A DNA stretch of 64,000 bases. It comes from Polyangiaceae bacterium. GTDB lineage: Bacteria > Myxococcota_A > Polyangia > Polyangiales > Polyangiaceae. The position numbers were made by a program, and so were the translations under genes. A model generated the notes under the pieces. It worked only from the letters and a program-made list of their open reading frames with translations, did no database searches and was not told where the DNA came from. Positions 1 to 9,438 of the stretch are shown here, piece after piece. Positions within the stretch are counted from its first letter, which is position 1. Every line of letters starts with the position of its first letter. The stretch covers positions 32,001-96,000 of the forward strand of contig JBILLK010000018.1 in the NCBI GenBank assembly GCA_044376115.1, read 5' to 3'.

Positions 1-2
1 AG

Positions 3-302
3 CAAACGCGGCAGCTGCTATTCGATGCCAGCCGCGCGCTCGTCTCCGTGAGTTCTCCGCGTGAAGCCGACGAACTGCTGCAGAGCTTCGAGCGGCGACC
101 GTTTGGCCCGTTGCTCCACCACTACGAGTGGGCAACCTGGGTCCTTCGAACGCGGCTCGACGGACCGTCGCCCAACGACGAAAAGGCGATCGAACTGGAT
201 CGCGAACTGCGAGAGTTGCCGCGTTCTCTCGATTGGTTGGAAAAACATTGGGTGCAACGGACGCTCGCGCGCCTGCACAACTCAAACCTCGGAGCGCCAT
301 GA
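3..302 (+). CDS. C-terminal fragment of a hypothetical protein (truncated by window start)
   Basis: Frame is open from position 3 to TGA at 300-302; the stop overlaps the ATG of the next gene (ATGA), indicating translational coupling. Confidence 0.6.
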   Translation, partial: QTRQLLFDASRALVSVSSPREADELLQSFERRPFGPLLHHYEWATWVLRTRLDGPSPNDEKAIELDRELRELPRSLDWLEKHWVQRTLARLHNSNLGAP

Positions 303-1861
303 CGAAGTCGGACAAGGACGTTCAAAAGACAGAGGAAGAGTCGGTTCCGCTCAGCACACGCGATGTCGAGCTCGAACCGATGAGCCTGCGCGACATCGAG
401 ATGATCCTCGCCCCAGGCAAAGCACCGCCACCGCTCGGCAACCGACCGCCGCCTGCCAAATCGGGCGGCGCCCGCCTCGAGCTTCCCAAGCCGGCACGGC
501 TTGCCGAGGCGGACAAAGCCAAGACCCCCGCAGAACGGCCAGCAAGACCAGCGGGCGTATTCGACCGGAAGCCGGCGCAACGCGACCGTGAGGACTCTGC
601 CACCATCGACCTCGATGCGCTGGTGGGCGGAAAGAAGGCCTCCGCCCCGCCGCCGCTCGCGACCAATCTTGACGTGGTGATTGCGCCGCGCGAGCCGCGC
701 GTTCCGAAACCTCCGCCGCGAGCGCCATTAAAAAATCGTGCGAGCGTGCCAGACGACGGACCGACCGCATTGACCAAAGAAGGCGCGTCTCCCAGCGAGC
801 CCGACGCGAAGGCGGCAGAGACGAAGACGGTGACTACCGATGCCGCCGCGAGCGCTGAAGCGCCGCTAGAGCCGAAGCCTGCGGCGCTTACGAGTTCGGG
901 CCCGCAGGCGCGCGAGGACTTCGTCGTCGACCAGCCCGTGGAGACGGAGGCAGCAGCCACCGCACCGAGCACGCCGCCGCCGAGCACACCGCCAGTCGAG
1001 TCGGCGCCTCCCGCACGCCCCGTACTCAAAGCCGCGCCGAAGCCGCCCCGAAAGGTTCGAACCGCTGAAGACGAACCGAGCGACAAGGCGACCGACAAGG
1101 CGACCGACGAACAACCGCCCAAATCGCGACGCTCAAACAGGCCGCGCAGCTCTGTAGCGGCCAAGAGTGTACAGCCGCGTGCTCGCGAATCGGCTCCGCC
1201 GGCGACCGAGCAACAGTCTCGTCCGACGGCCCTCTATGCGGCGATCGGCCTGTTGGCGGCGGGCGGCGTGCTGTATGCAGCGACCCGTTCGGATGAGACG
1301 CCGAAGGCCCCAGCGGTTGCGACGGCCAGCCCAACGAGCACCGCAACAGCAACCCAAGCTGCGTCGGTTGTGACTCCGATGCCCAGTGAGCCGAGCGCGG
1401 AACCCATCACAAGCGTCGCGACGACTGCGACGAGCAGCCCATCGACGGAGCCACTCAAGACGGCGACGGGCACCCTACCCGGCCTGCCACCCAGCACGGC
1501 CACGGCTGCTTCCACCGAACCGAAGCCCGACCCGACCGCCACCCAACCGAAACCAACGGCAACCGTAGCGGCTACCACCGCGCCCGCCGGCGCGCCTTTC
1601 GACCAGGGTGCGGCAAAGGCTGCGCTCGGCGGCGCGATGGGCCAAGCCACCGGCTGTAAAGCAGCTGGGGACCCGAGCGGCGTGGCGCGCGTCTCGGTCA
1701 CCTTCGCGCCCTCGGGTCGCGTTACCCAAGCGATGGTGCAAGGGCCGCCCTTTGCCGGAACCGCCACCGGCGGCTGCATCGCAAGGGCATTCAAGTCGGC
1801 TTCGGTGCCGCCCTTCTCAGGCGATCCGGTCACGGTGCAAAAGACCGTCAACATGCCCTGA
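299..1861 (+). CDS. Pro/Ala/Thr-rich single-pass membrane protein with C-terminal TonB-C/AgmX-like domain
   Basis: ATG at 299 coupled to the upstream stop; long low-complexity region, one TM (ALYAAIGLLAAGGVLYAA), C-terminal ~85 aa domain (ARVSVTFAPSGRVT...GGCIARAF...VPPFSG) with a Cys pair. Confidence 0.7.
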   Translation: MTKSDKDVQKTEEESVPLSTRDVELEPMSLRDIEMILAPGKAPPPLGNRPPPAKSGGARLELPKPARLAEADKAKTPAERPARPAGVFDRKPAQRDREDSATIDLDALVGGKKASAPPPLATNLDVVIAPREPRVPKPPPRAPLKNRASVPDDGPTALTKEGASPSEPDAKAAETKTVTTDAAASAEAPLEPKPAALTSSGPQAREDFVVDQPVETEAAATAPSTPPPSTPPVESAPPARPVLKAAPKPPRKVRTAEDEPSDKATDKATDEQPPKSRRSNRPRSSVAAKSVQPRARESAPPATEQQSRPTALYAAIGLLAAGGVLYAATRSDETPKAPAVATASPTSTATATQAASVVTPMPSEPSAEPITSVATTATSSPSTEPLKTATGTLPGLPPSTATAASTEPKPDPTATQPKPTATVAATTAPAGAPFDQGAAKAALGGAMGQATGCKAAGDPSGVARVSVTFAPSGRVTQAMVQGPPFAGTATGGCIARAFKSASVPPFSGDPVTVQKTVNMP

Positions 1862-1937
1862 GGGCGGTTCTGTTCACTACGTCCGCCCTCGGCGGAACTT
1901 CGGTCGTGCGCGGGCAAGGCTGTACTAAGCTCCGCGC

Positions 1938-3734
1938 GTGCTCACCGCGCTACGCGTAAAGAACTTCATCCTGATGGACGAACTCGAGCTAACGCTCGAG
2001 CCAGGACTCAACATTCTCACCGGCGAGACTGGCGCTGGTAAGTCGATCGTGATCGGGGCGCTGAATCTCGTGCTGGGCGCGCGAGCGAGTGGAGATCAGG
2101 TGCGGCCCGGCGCAGATGAGGCCGAGATCGAGGCGCTTTTCGATTTGTCCGACACGGACCCTCTGCGCGCAAAGAACGTAGGCCGATTGATCTCCGCCGG
2201 CCTCGTGCCCAACGGCGAACTCGTGATCCGCCGGGTGATCGCTTCGACCGGTCGCTCGCGCGCCTACCTCAACGGGCGGCTTTGCACCACCAGCGAACTC
2301 ACCGCGCTCGCTCACGACCTCGCGGATGTCGCTTCCCAACACGAGAGCGTCGCCCTCACCGATCCTTCCACCCATCTCGGGCACCTCGATCAATTCGCGA
2401 AGCTCGAACAAGCCCGCGCGGCCCTGGCAGAGGAGGTCGCAGAACTCGAGGCCATCCTCGGAACGATCGAAGAGCTCTCCTCGCGAGATCGTTCACGCAG
2501 CGAGCGTGAGGCCTTCGTGCGCTTTCAGTTGACCCAGATCGGCGAGGTGGCACCGCAGCCGAACGAACACGCGGAGCTATCGACCGAACGCCGACGGCTG
2601 CGACATCACGAGAAGCTCAGCACACTGGTGACCCGCGCAACCGAGAGGCTCGAGGCGGAGGACGGCCTCTGCGACCAGTTGGCGCGCGTCGCCTCCGACT
2701 TGCGTGCTGCAGCCGAGCTCGACGACACACTGGAGCCACTCGCGAAGACGCTCGACATGTGCTGGGCCGAACTCAGGGACGCGGCTGGGCGCGCGACTCG
2801 TTACCGCGAAGCGCAAGAACACGAACCCAACCGGCTGTCGGAGATTGAAGAGCGCCTCTACCGCATCGAAGGTTTACTGCGGCAGTTTGGGCCGACTGAA
2901 GCGGACGTGCTCGCAACGCAAACGCGCTTGTCTCGCGAGCTCTCCGATTTCGAGAGCTCGGAATCTCGGCTCTCGGAGGAACGCGAGAATCTCAGCACGC
3001 GGTTGCCAGCGGTGGAGGAGCGCGCCGTGCGGCTTTCCAAGGAGCGCAAGCGGGCCGCGGAGAAGCTGGGCGTAGCGATCAGCAGCGAGCTGGCGGAGCT
3101 CGGCATGGGCGGAGCTCGGGTATCGGTCGAGGTTGAGGCATTGCCTCCGAGAGAGAGCACCCATGCACTGTCCGTTGGCGGTGCGCGGCTATCGCGCGAC
3201 GGCATCGACCGCGTTGAATTCTTGATCGCGCCCAACAAAGGCATCGATCCAAAACCGCTGCGCAAGATCGCCTCTGGCGGCGAGCTCTCGCGAGCTCTCT
3301 TGGCGTTGAAGCGGGTCCTCGCGGAGAGCGGGCCCGCTGGCCTGTACGTGTTCGATGAGGTCGACGCTGGCGTCGGTGGCGCGGTTGCTGAGCGGATTGG
3401 TTCTGCCATCGCGGACGTCGCTAAACACCATCAGGTCCTGTGCATCACGCATCTCGCGCCGATCGCGATGTTTGCCGACGCACACTTCGTCGTGCGCAAG
3501 AACGACCAGTCGGGCGTGATGAAGAGCTCGGTGGTGCGCGTCCGTGAACGCGAGCAGGTGCATGAACTCGCGCGGATGATCGCCGGAGCCAAGATCACAC
3601 CCGCCGCTGAACAAGCCGCTAAGGAGATGCTCGACGAGGCGCAAGCGAGGCGCTCTGGCGCACAGAAAACGCGTCCGCGAGCCGCGGAAGCGCCAGCGGC
3701 GGAGCGGCCTGCAAAAAAAAAGGCGCTCAAGTAG
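1938..3734 (+). CDS. recN: DNA repair protein RecN
   Basis: Walker A TGETGAGKS, coiled coil, signature ASGGELSR, Walker B FDEVDAGVGG, ITHL. Confidence 0.97.
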   Translation: MLTALRVKNFILMDELELTLEPGLNILTGETGAGKSIVIGALNLVLGARASGDQVRPGADEAEIEALFDLSDTDPLRAKNVGRLISAGLVPNGELVIRRVIASTGRSRAYLNGRLCTTSELTALAHDLADVASQHESVALTDPSTHLGHLDQFAKLEQARAALAEEVAELEAILGTIEELSSRDRSRSEREAFVRFQLTQIGEVAPQPNEHAELSTERRRLRHHEKLSTLVTRATERLEAEDGLCDQLARVASDLRAAAELDDTLEPLAKTLDMCWAELRDAAGRATRYREAQEHEPNRLSEIEERLYRIEGLLRQFGPTEADVLATQTRLSRELSDFESSESRLSEERENLSTRLPAVEERAVRLSKERKRAAEKLGVAISSELAELGMGGARVSVEVEALPPRESTHALSVGGARLSRDGIDRVEFLIAPNKGIDPKPLRKIASGGELSRALLALKRVLAESGPAGLYVFDEVDAGVGGAVAERIGSAIADVAKHHQVLCITHLAPIAMFADAHFVVRKNDQSGVMKSSVVRVREREQVHELARMIAGAKITPAAEQAAKEMLDEAQARRSGAQKTRPRAAEAPAAERPAKKKALK

Positions 3735-3841
3735 GCGAGCGAATTGTGGGAAAGAGTGGACCGGCTCGGTATCATCGAGGGCTCGCCACGGTGTCATCCT
3801 CGGGTGGCACAACCAACGCGGCGCCCACGTCGAGGGAGTCC

Positions 3842-4405
3842 ATGAACCTGCGTCCTTCACTAGCCGCGTTGCTCCTTGTTGGCTGCGCCAAGGGCTTTTC
3901 CCCTAGCTACGACGACTCCAATGAGGGCGCGAACGACAGCAACGGTGGGGCTGGTGGCGACGGCGGCATCGCCGCAAACGGCGGCGGGCCTTCCAATGGC
4001 GGCGGCCCTTCCAATGGCGGCGGGCCTTCCAATGGCGGCGGCCCTTCCAATGGCGGCGGCCCTTCCAACGGCGGTGGTCCTTCCAATGGCGGTGGCCCTT
4101 CCAATGGCGGTGGCCCTTCCAACGGGGGTGGCGGGGAAGGCGGCAGCGGCGGAGCACCAGGCTTTTGTGGTGACGTGACCTGCGAGGCGGCGATCGGAGA
4201 AACCTGTTCGTCGTGCCCAGCCGACTGCGGCGCGTGTCCTGGGCAGTGCACTCACGACTCTTGCACCCCGGGAACGCCGCTCGATCCAAGCTGCAGTCAG
4301 GCGGCCCTCTTAGCGTGCACCATCTACATGGACACCGAGTGCTGCACCGTGGCGTGGGACAGCTTCTGTGCGGACGTCTATGGGGTCATCGCGGACTGCA
4401 TGTAA
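3842..4405 (+). CDS. Gly-rich, Cys-rich lipoprotein
   Basis: GGAG before ATG; lipobox LLVG-C; (NGGGPS)8 linker; C-terminal Cys-rich region (CGDVTC...ETCSSCPADCGAC). Confidence 0.8.
   Translation: MNLRPSLAALLLVGCAKGFSPSYDDSNEGANDSNGGAGGDGGIAANGGGPSNGGGPSNGGGPSNGGGPSNGGGPSNGGGPSNGGGPSNGGGPSNGGGGEGGSGGAPGFCGDVTCEAAIGETCSSCPADCGACPGQCTHDSCTPGTPLDPSCSQAALLACTIYMDTECCTVAWDSFCADVYGVIADCM
3977..4120 (+). repeat. 8 x 18-bp in-frame tandem repeat encoding NGGGPS
   Basis: aaY-ggc-ggY-ggN-cct-tcc repeated eight times with only synonymous variation. Confidence 0.95.
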
Positions 4406-4429
4406 GCCGGCGCAACGCGGCAAGCCAGC

Positions 4430-5668
4430 TCAACGCGGCAGCCTGGCTGGCCGGCCAAAGAAGTAGCCCTGGAGCCAGTTGCAACCCAAGCTGACGAGCA
4501 CGTCGCGCTCAGCCTGGGTCTCTACACCCTCCCCTACGACCGTGGTGCCGATGTCGCGACAGACGTCGATCAGCGAAGCCACCAACTTACGCTTCACCGA
4601 GTCCTGATCGACATCGCGAACCAGCGTCAGATCCAGCTTGACGATATCGGGCCGCAGCTCGGCAAAGCTCGTGAGCCCTGCGTAACCAGCACCAAGATCG
4701 TCGAGCGCGATACGAAACCCCATGGCCCGAAGCCTCGCCATCCGGCGCTTGACCTCGGCGACGTCGGAGAGCGCCGCGCGCTCGGTGATCTCGAGCACGA
4801 CCCGCCCCGCATGAGGAGCGAGCGGGCTATCTGTGGCGAGCAGCGAATCATCGAGCAGATCCGAAGCGTGGAGGTTCACGAACACGTCCACATCCGAACT
4901 CAGGGCCCCTACGTCTCTGCCGACGCACTCACGCACAGTCCGGCCCAAGACCGACATCTGCTCGAGCGCTTCGGCCAGGTCGAGGATCGCGCCTGCAGTG
5001 GCTGCATTTGGATCGTCACTGCGCACCAACGCTTCGAACGCCCGCACCCGCCCCTCAGGCGAGACGATGGGCTGATAGACCATGAAGAGCGCGCGTAGAA
5101 CGCCGTTGAAGTCGGCCCCGAGCAAGCGGAAGTCGTTCTGCTGCGTCGGAGGATCGGAAGCGGCCAGCAACACAGCGCTACGAGCCCGGGCCGTGTTGCA
5201 TTGAACCACCGCCTTCTCGATAGCGATGGTGATGCGCTCATCACTCAGGGGCTTCAGCAGATACTGAAACGCGCCGTGCTCGACCGCCTGAGCCGCGGTC
5301 GCGACATCGGGAGCCCCAGTCATCAGCAGCACTGGCAGATCGGCGTCGTGCTCACGGGCGTATCGCAACAGCTCAATCCCGGAAAGCTCCGGCAGAAAGA
5401 CCTCGGCCAAGACCGCATCGAACCGCTCGGTGGCGAGTCGCTGACTTGCGTGAACGCCGTCGTGAGCCGCGTGCACGCTGAACCCCGCGCTGGCGAGCGC
5501 CGCGCCGATCCCCGAACCCTCCGCTTCGACCAGGAGCACACGGCCGCGCGAGGGCGCGGGAGCCGACGCGTCATCACGCAAGAATTGAGCGCGAAGCTCC
5601 GGATCGTCCACCAGGACCGATCCCGTCGCCGTCACCTCAGACAGCGGCGTCTCTTCTCGACGATCCAC
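4430..5668 (-). CDS. Response regulator with EAL (c-di-GMP phosphodiesterase) domain
   Basis: REC-like N-terminus (LLMTG, YLLKP); EAL motifs YQPIV, EALVR, VN, EITE, DDLG, VKLD, EGVE, QGY. Confidence 0.9.
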   Translation of the reverse strand: MDRREETPLSEVTATGSVLVDDPELRAQFLRDDASAPAPSRGRVLLVEAEGSGIGAALASAGFSVHAAHDGVHASQRLATERFDAVLAEVFLPELSGIELLRYAREHDADLPVLLMTGAPDVATAAQAVEHGAFQYLLKPLSDERITIAIEKAVVQCNTARARSAVLLAASDPPTQQNDFRLLGADFNGVLRALFMVYQPIVSPEGRVRAFEALVRSDDPNAATAGAILDLAEALEQMSVLGRTVRECVGRDVGALSSDVDVFVNLHASDLLDDSLLATDSPLAPHAGRVVLEITERAALSDVAEVKRRMARLRAMGFRIALDDLGAGYAGLTSFAELRPDIVKLDLTLVRDVDQDSVKRKLVASLIDVCRDIGTTVVGEGVETQAERDVLVSLGCNWLQGYFFGRPARLPR

Positions 5669-5719
5669 GGTTCACATGTTCGCCGTCCCGAGAGCGAATC
5701 GCAACGACGAAGATGCGCA

Positions 5720-6523
5720 TCAACCGCTGAGCAACGCTGCAGCGAGGTGTTCCTCGCTGTTCTTCAGCGGCCGGGAGCGTTTGGTCAACACCTCGCAGCC
5801 TGTCTTGGTCACGACGATGGTGTGCTCAAACTGAGCGGAGAGCGAGCCGTCCAGGGTCACAGCGGTCCATTTATCGGCCAAAACCTCCACCTCGTAACCG
5901 CCGATATTGATCATGGGTTCGATCGTGAAGACCATGCCTGCTTTGAGTCGAAGGCCGGTTCCGCGCTTACCAACGTGGGAGACCTGGGGCGCCTCATGAA
6001 ACGTGCGGCCGATACCGTGACCCACAAAAGCCCTTACAACCGAGCAGTTTTGGCCTTGGGCATACCCTTGAATAGCCGCCCCGATGTCGCCGAGCTTAGC
6101 GCCTTCACGCACCTCTTGGATCGCTAGGTCGAGGGACTTGCGGCAGACCTCAGTCACGTGACGCGCTTCATCCGAGACTTCACCGACGAAAAAAGTCGCC
6201 GACGTATCGCCGAAAAAGCCATCAAAAATGGTGGTCACATCAACGTTGATGATGTCCCCGTTCTTGAGCACCTGCGGCCCCGGAATGCCGTGACAAACCA
6301 CCTCGTTGACCGAGGTGCACACGCTCTTGGGGAAGCCGTGGTAGTTCAGCGGAGCCGGAAACCCGCCTCGTTTCAACGTGTCTTCGTGGACGAAGGTGTT
6401 GATGTCCTCGGTGGTGATTCCCGGACGAATCATGTCTCCTACGAGAATGAGCGTCTCTGCGGCCATTTGGCTTGCTGCGCGAATTCCAGCGACTTCGCGC
6501 ACGGTCTTGATGCTCACGGTCAT
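5720..6523 (-). CDS. map: Methionine aminopeptidase, type I
   Basis: FPKSVCTSVNEVVCHGIP, DVT, GDTS, GHGIG, FHE, TIEPMIN, SAQFEHT. Confidence 0.97.
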   Translation of the reverse strand: MTVSIKTVREVAGIRAASQMAAETLILVGDMIRPGITTEDINTFVHEDTLKRGGFPAPLNYHGFPKSVCTSVNEVVCHGIPGPQVLKNGDIINVDVTTIFDGFFGDTSATFFVGEVSDEARHVTEVCRKSLDLAIQEVREGAKLGDIGAAIQGYAQGQNCSVVRAFVGHGIGRTFHEAPQVSHVGKRGTGLRLKAGMVFTIEPMINIGGYEVEVLADKWTAVTLDGSLSAQFEHTIVVTKTGCEVLTKRSRPLKNSEEHLAAALLSG

Positions 6524-7116
6524 TTGTTGACCTCCTTTAGCGCCACAGCCTCCTGAACGACAGCAGCGATCTCGGGCGAATCCACCGTCATATAGAAGTG
6601 GACGGCCACCTCGTCGTTGGGAGCCGCAAATCTCTTGAAGAAGCCAATGTACGTACGCTTCTGAATGAGGGCATCTTGGGTCTTCAGCAGGCCGTAGGCC
6701 GGATCACCCGGGTCGACGCTCACCTCGAACTCCAGCTCCTGCATCGTGGCCTCAGCAAGCGGCTGGATCACCCGCAGGCCGAGCTTGTAGGTGCCTCCAC
6801 GCGTTGACTCGAGCGTGAACGTCCGCACCTCGACCCGAGCGGTCAGCTCGGATTGCTGGGCGCGCAACCACAGACTCTGATCTTTGCGCGGAGCGCTGGG
6901 CGGCATCAGCCCCAGGGCGGCTGGGTCCAGCTCGTCCCCGAAAAGACGACGATCCTCTCCCTGCCAGGGTGGAAGACCGAGGGTCTTCGCCGAAACGACG
7001 ACCTCGTCCATGGACGAACAGCCAGGTGTCAGGGCCAGCGCCCCTAACAGAAGCAGCCGCGCGCGTACGAAATCGCGGGTTGCAGATCGGCCGGAGTCGT
7101 TGGAAAATCGGCTCAT
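6520..7116 (-). CDS. Hypothetical lipoprotein
   Basis: Hydrophobic stretch plus lipobox-like TPG-C; stop overlaps the map start (ATGA). Confidence 0.7.
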   Translation of the reverse strand: MSRFSNDSGRSATRDFVRARLLLLGALALTPGCSSMDEVVVSAKTLGLPPWQGEDRRLFGDELDPAALGLMPPSAPRKDQSLWLRAQQSELTARVEVRTFTLESTRGGTYKLGLRVIQPLAEATMQELEFEVSVDPGDPAYGLLKTQDALIQKRTYIGFFKRFAAPNDEVAVHFYMTVDSPEIAAVVQEAVALKEVNK

Positions 7117-7308
7117 TGAGGGGTTCTAGCTACCACACGCCCCCTCGGTTGTCACAGGTCCGACCTGCGACCCTCAGTTGATGCGTGGTCATTTGCAATG
7201 TTTTGATAGAAGCTACGTCCAACGCCCTCGATGGCTCTTGACCTTCATGGTCGGCCGCGACAGTGCGGAATCTGCTTCGCCGGGGATGCCTCGCGAACTC
7301 TTGGAGGA

Positions 7309-8202
7309 ATGATGAAGACGCTGCGATTTCTCGGGCTTGGAGCGCTGATCGCCCTCGGCGCATACACACTTTGCGGGTCGCCCGAGTCGGCCTTCGCTGG
7401 GGACGCAAAACCTGCCCCCGGCGCCAGCAAAAAGGGAAAGGCGGAGAAGAAGCCCGAAACACCGGCGGAGGCTCCGACAGTCGCCAAGCCGATCGCCATC
7501 CAGCCGAAAGAACTCGCCTGGGGCATCGACAAGAAGAAGCTTGGTGAGATCTATGACAAGGTGATCGACGAGGACTTCAAGCCTCGTTATTTGAAGGCGC
7601 AACCAGGCCCGCAGATGGACGCGCTGGACGCCGAAGTAGCTGAGCGCAAGGCGGAGTTCCGCAGGAGCTACACAGACTTCGGCAACACCGCGACGGGCTT
7701 CGACATGACGCCGTTGCGCTCGGAGTACAGCTACAACAACAAAGAAGCGCTGATGTCGATCGAGCGCGGTGGACGCACCCGCTACTTCTTCTTCATTGGC
7801 GGCAAGCTGTGGAAGATCGCTGATGCGTTCAAGCTCGGCGAGAAGAGCCAGTGGGGTAAGAGCTACGACGAAGCGCTCGCCAAACTATCGAAGCACTACG
7901 GCGAGGGGCGTGTTCGTGAGGCCGATGAGAAGGCCGGCCGTCCCTTCAAGGAAGCCGATTGGAAAGACACTACCACCCAGGTTCGCGCAGTGGATTGGGG
8001 CAACGATGAGTTCTCGATCGTCTTCCAAGACGCGGTGACCGTCTCGCAGCTCGATACGCTGCGGAAGAACAAGCCGGCCGGCTCGGTTGGCAGCAACATC
8101 GACTCGAAGGTAAAGGACGCTGGCGCCAAGAAGGAGCCAACCCCGCCGAAGCCGGACGAGAAGAAGCCGGTCAAGGGCCCAGCAAAGGCCCCTGGAAAGT
8201 AA
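7309..8202 (+). CDS. Hypothetical exported protein
   Basis: GGAGG before ATG; signal peptide MKTLRFLGLGALIALG...AFA; strong codon bias; followed by a terminator. Confidence 0.8.
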   Translation: MMKTLRFLGLGALIALGAYTLCGSPESAFAGDAKPAPGASKKGKAEKKPETPAEAPTVAKPIAIQPKELAWGIDKKKLGEIYDKVIDEDFKPRYLKAQPGPQMDALDAEVAERKAEFRRSYTDFGNTATGFDMTPLRSEYSYNNKEALMSIERGGRTRYFFFIGGKLWKIADAFKLGEKSQWGKSYDEALAKLSKHYGEGRVREADEKAGRPFKEADWKDTTTQVRAVDWGNDEFSIVFQDAVTVSQLDTLRKNKPAGSVGSNIDSKVKDAGAKKEPTPPKPDEKKPVKGPAKAPGK

Positions 8203-8213
8203 TCTGACCGACA

Positions 8214-8257
8214 AAAACGCAAACGCCTCTCAGCCTGCTGAGGGGCGTTTTTGCTTT
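8214..8257. terminator. Probable bidirectional intrinsic terminator
   Basis: Stem AAACGCCTCTCAG / CTGAGGGGCGTTT with A-tract before and T-tract after, between convergent genes. Confidence 0.8.
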
Positions 8258-8277
8258 ACGGTTCGTTCGCTCCCAGG

Positions 8278-8544
8278 TCAGGCAACGAGGGATGCCCCGG
8301 CGGGCACCGAGATCCCCGAACTCACGTCCAAACGTGCCGTCGGAGCAACGCAACGAAGAGCAGGCTCAATCACTCCGCGAACGACCAGCGGCGTGCCCGG
8401 ACAACCGGCGTAACGCCCGGCGAGGTGCAACGACAGGTGGTTCGGCTCGACCGCCACGATGTACACCTCGCCACCATCCGCGCGAATGAGCGGGGCAATC
8501 ACGTCCTTCAATACCTTGAGAAGCTGGTCGATTGAGGCTGTCAT
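8278..8544 (-). CDS. NifU C-terminal-like (Nfu) domain protein
   Basis: IAPLIRADGGEV...LAGRYAGCPGT matches the Nfu pattern; CxxC reads YxxC. Confidence 0.75.
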   Translation of the reverse strand: MTASIDQLLKVLKDVIAPLIRADGGEVYIVAVEPNHLSLHLAGRYAGCPGTPLVVRGVIEPALRCVAPTARLDVSSGISVPAGASLVA

Positions 8545-8565
8545 CTGCCGGCCAGCATACACAGC

Positions 8566-9438
8566 TCAGAAAACGCTGGCCACGATGACGACAGCAGCAT
8601 CGGCACCGAGAGCGGGTGCGCGGCGCGCGGCAAAACCAAAGGTCCGCTTTTCGATCACGGCGCTACTGCTGTAATCGGCGGCTTCGGTCAGTTTGAGGAT
8701 CTCGAGCTTGGAGACGTGTTCCGCGAGGGTTTCTGGCGCGTCCGGCTCGCCGTAGGCCAAAGCACCTTTGACCACGTAGGCGTAGATCACGGGGACCTTC
8801 TTGTTGTCTTTGGTCTTGGCCGCCTCGGTAAACTTGGCCCGTACGGCATTCTGAATCACGCCGGCGTAAAAGCGGAAGGACCACCCGGACAGGAAGAGCC
8901 CCTTGAGCTTGCCTTCGGCATCGACGGCTCGATGCGCTACCACCCACGCGGTGTCCTCCCCTCGTTTGACGCCACGCAGCGCATCCATTGGCCCGTAGGC
9001 CTCGACCAGCCCCGCGTTCGGTTCGAGCGCGCGCTTCAGCTCTGGGTAGGCGGTCAGGATGTTCTGATCGACGAGGCGGTCCGGATCGATCTCGCTACGG
9101 AGCACCTTGCCATCGACGTCGGCGAAGCTGAAGAAGGTACTCTTGGCGATCGCGAGGTTGTCGGTGTTTTCACGCGCAGCTTTGATCGCGTTTTGCAGCT
9201 CCAGACGCGCGGCGAGCGGATCTCCCGGCATCCGCTTCTGCAACACCTTCACCCCCTCGGGCATGCCGTTCCGCAGCTGAGCCGTATCTCGCTCAACCAC
9301 TTCCATCGCGCTGCCGAGACCTACGGTCGCGGCCTCCTGCGCTGCCTTGGCCTCACCATCACAACCCGCAATTGCGGTCATCGCTGCGAGCAAGCCGCCT
9401 GCAGTCGCTCCGATCAGAAGAGCACGCCTTTGCATCAC
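8566..9438 (-). CDS. Hypothetical lipoprotein (Tat-like leader, possible Cache-like fold)
   Basis: QRRALL leader, lipobox IAG-C; ATGA-type overlap with the upstream gene. Confidence 0.65.
   Translation of the reverse strand: MMQRRALLIGATAGGLLAAMTAIAGCDGEAKAAQEAATVGLGSAMEVVERDTAQLRNGMPEGVKVLQKRMPGDPLAARLELQNAIKAARENTDNLAIAKSTFFSFADVDGKVLRSEIDPDRLVDQNILTAYPELKRALEPNAGLVEAYGPMDALRGVKRGEDTAWVVAHRAVDAEGKLKGLFLSGWSFRFYAGVIQNAVRAKFTEAAKTKDNKKVPVIYAYVVKGALAYGEPDAPETLAEHVSKLEILKLTEAADYSSSAVIEKRTFGFAARRAPALGADAAVVIVASVF

Noticed and set aside
3977..4120. CRISPR array
   Set aside because: Contiguous in-frame 18-bp repeats with no spacers and no cas genes
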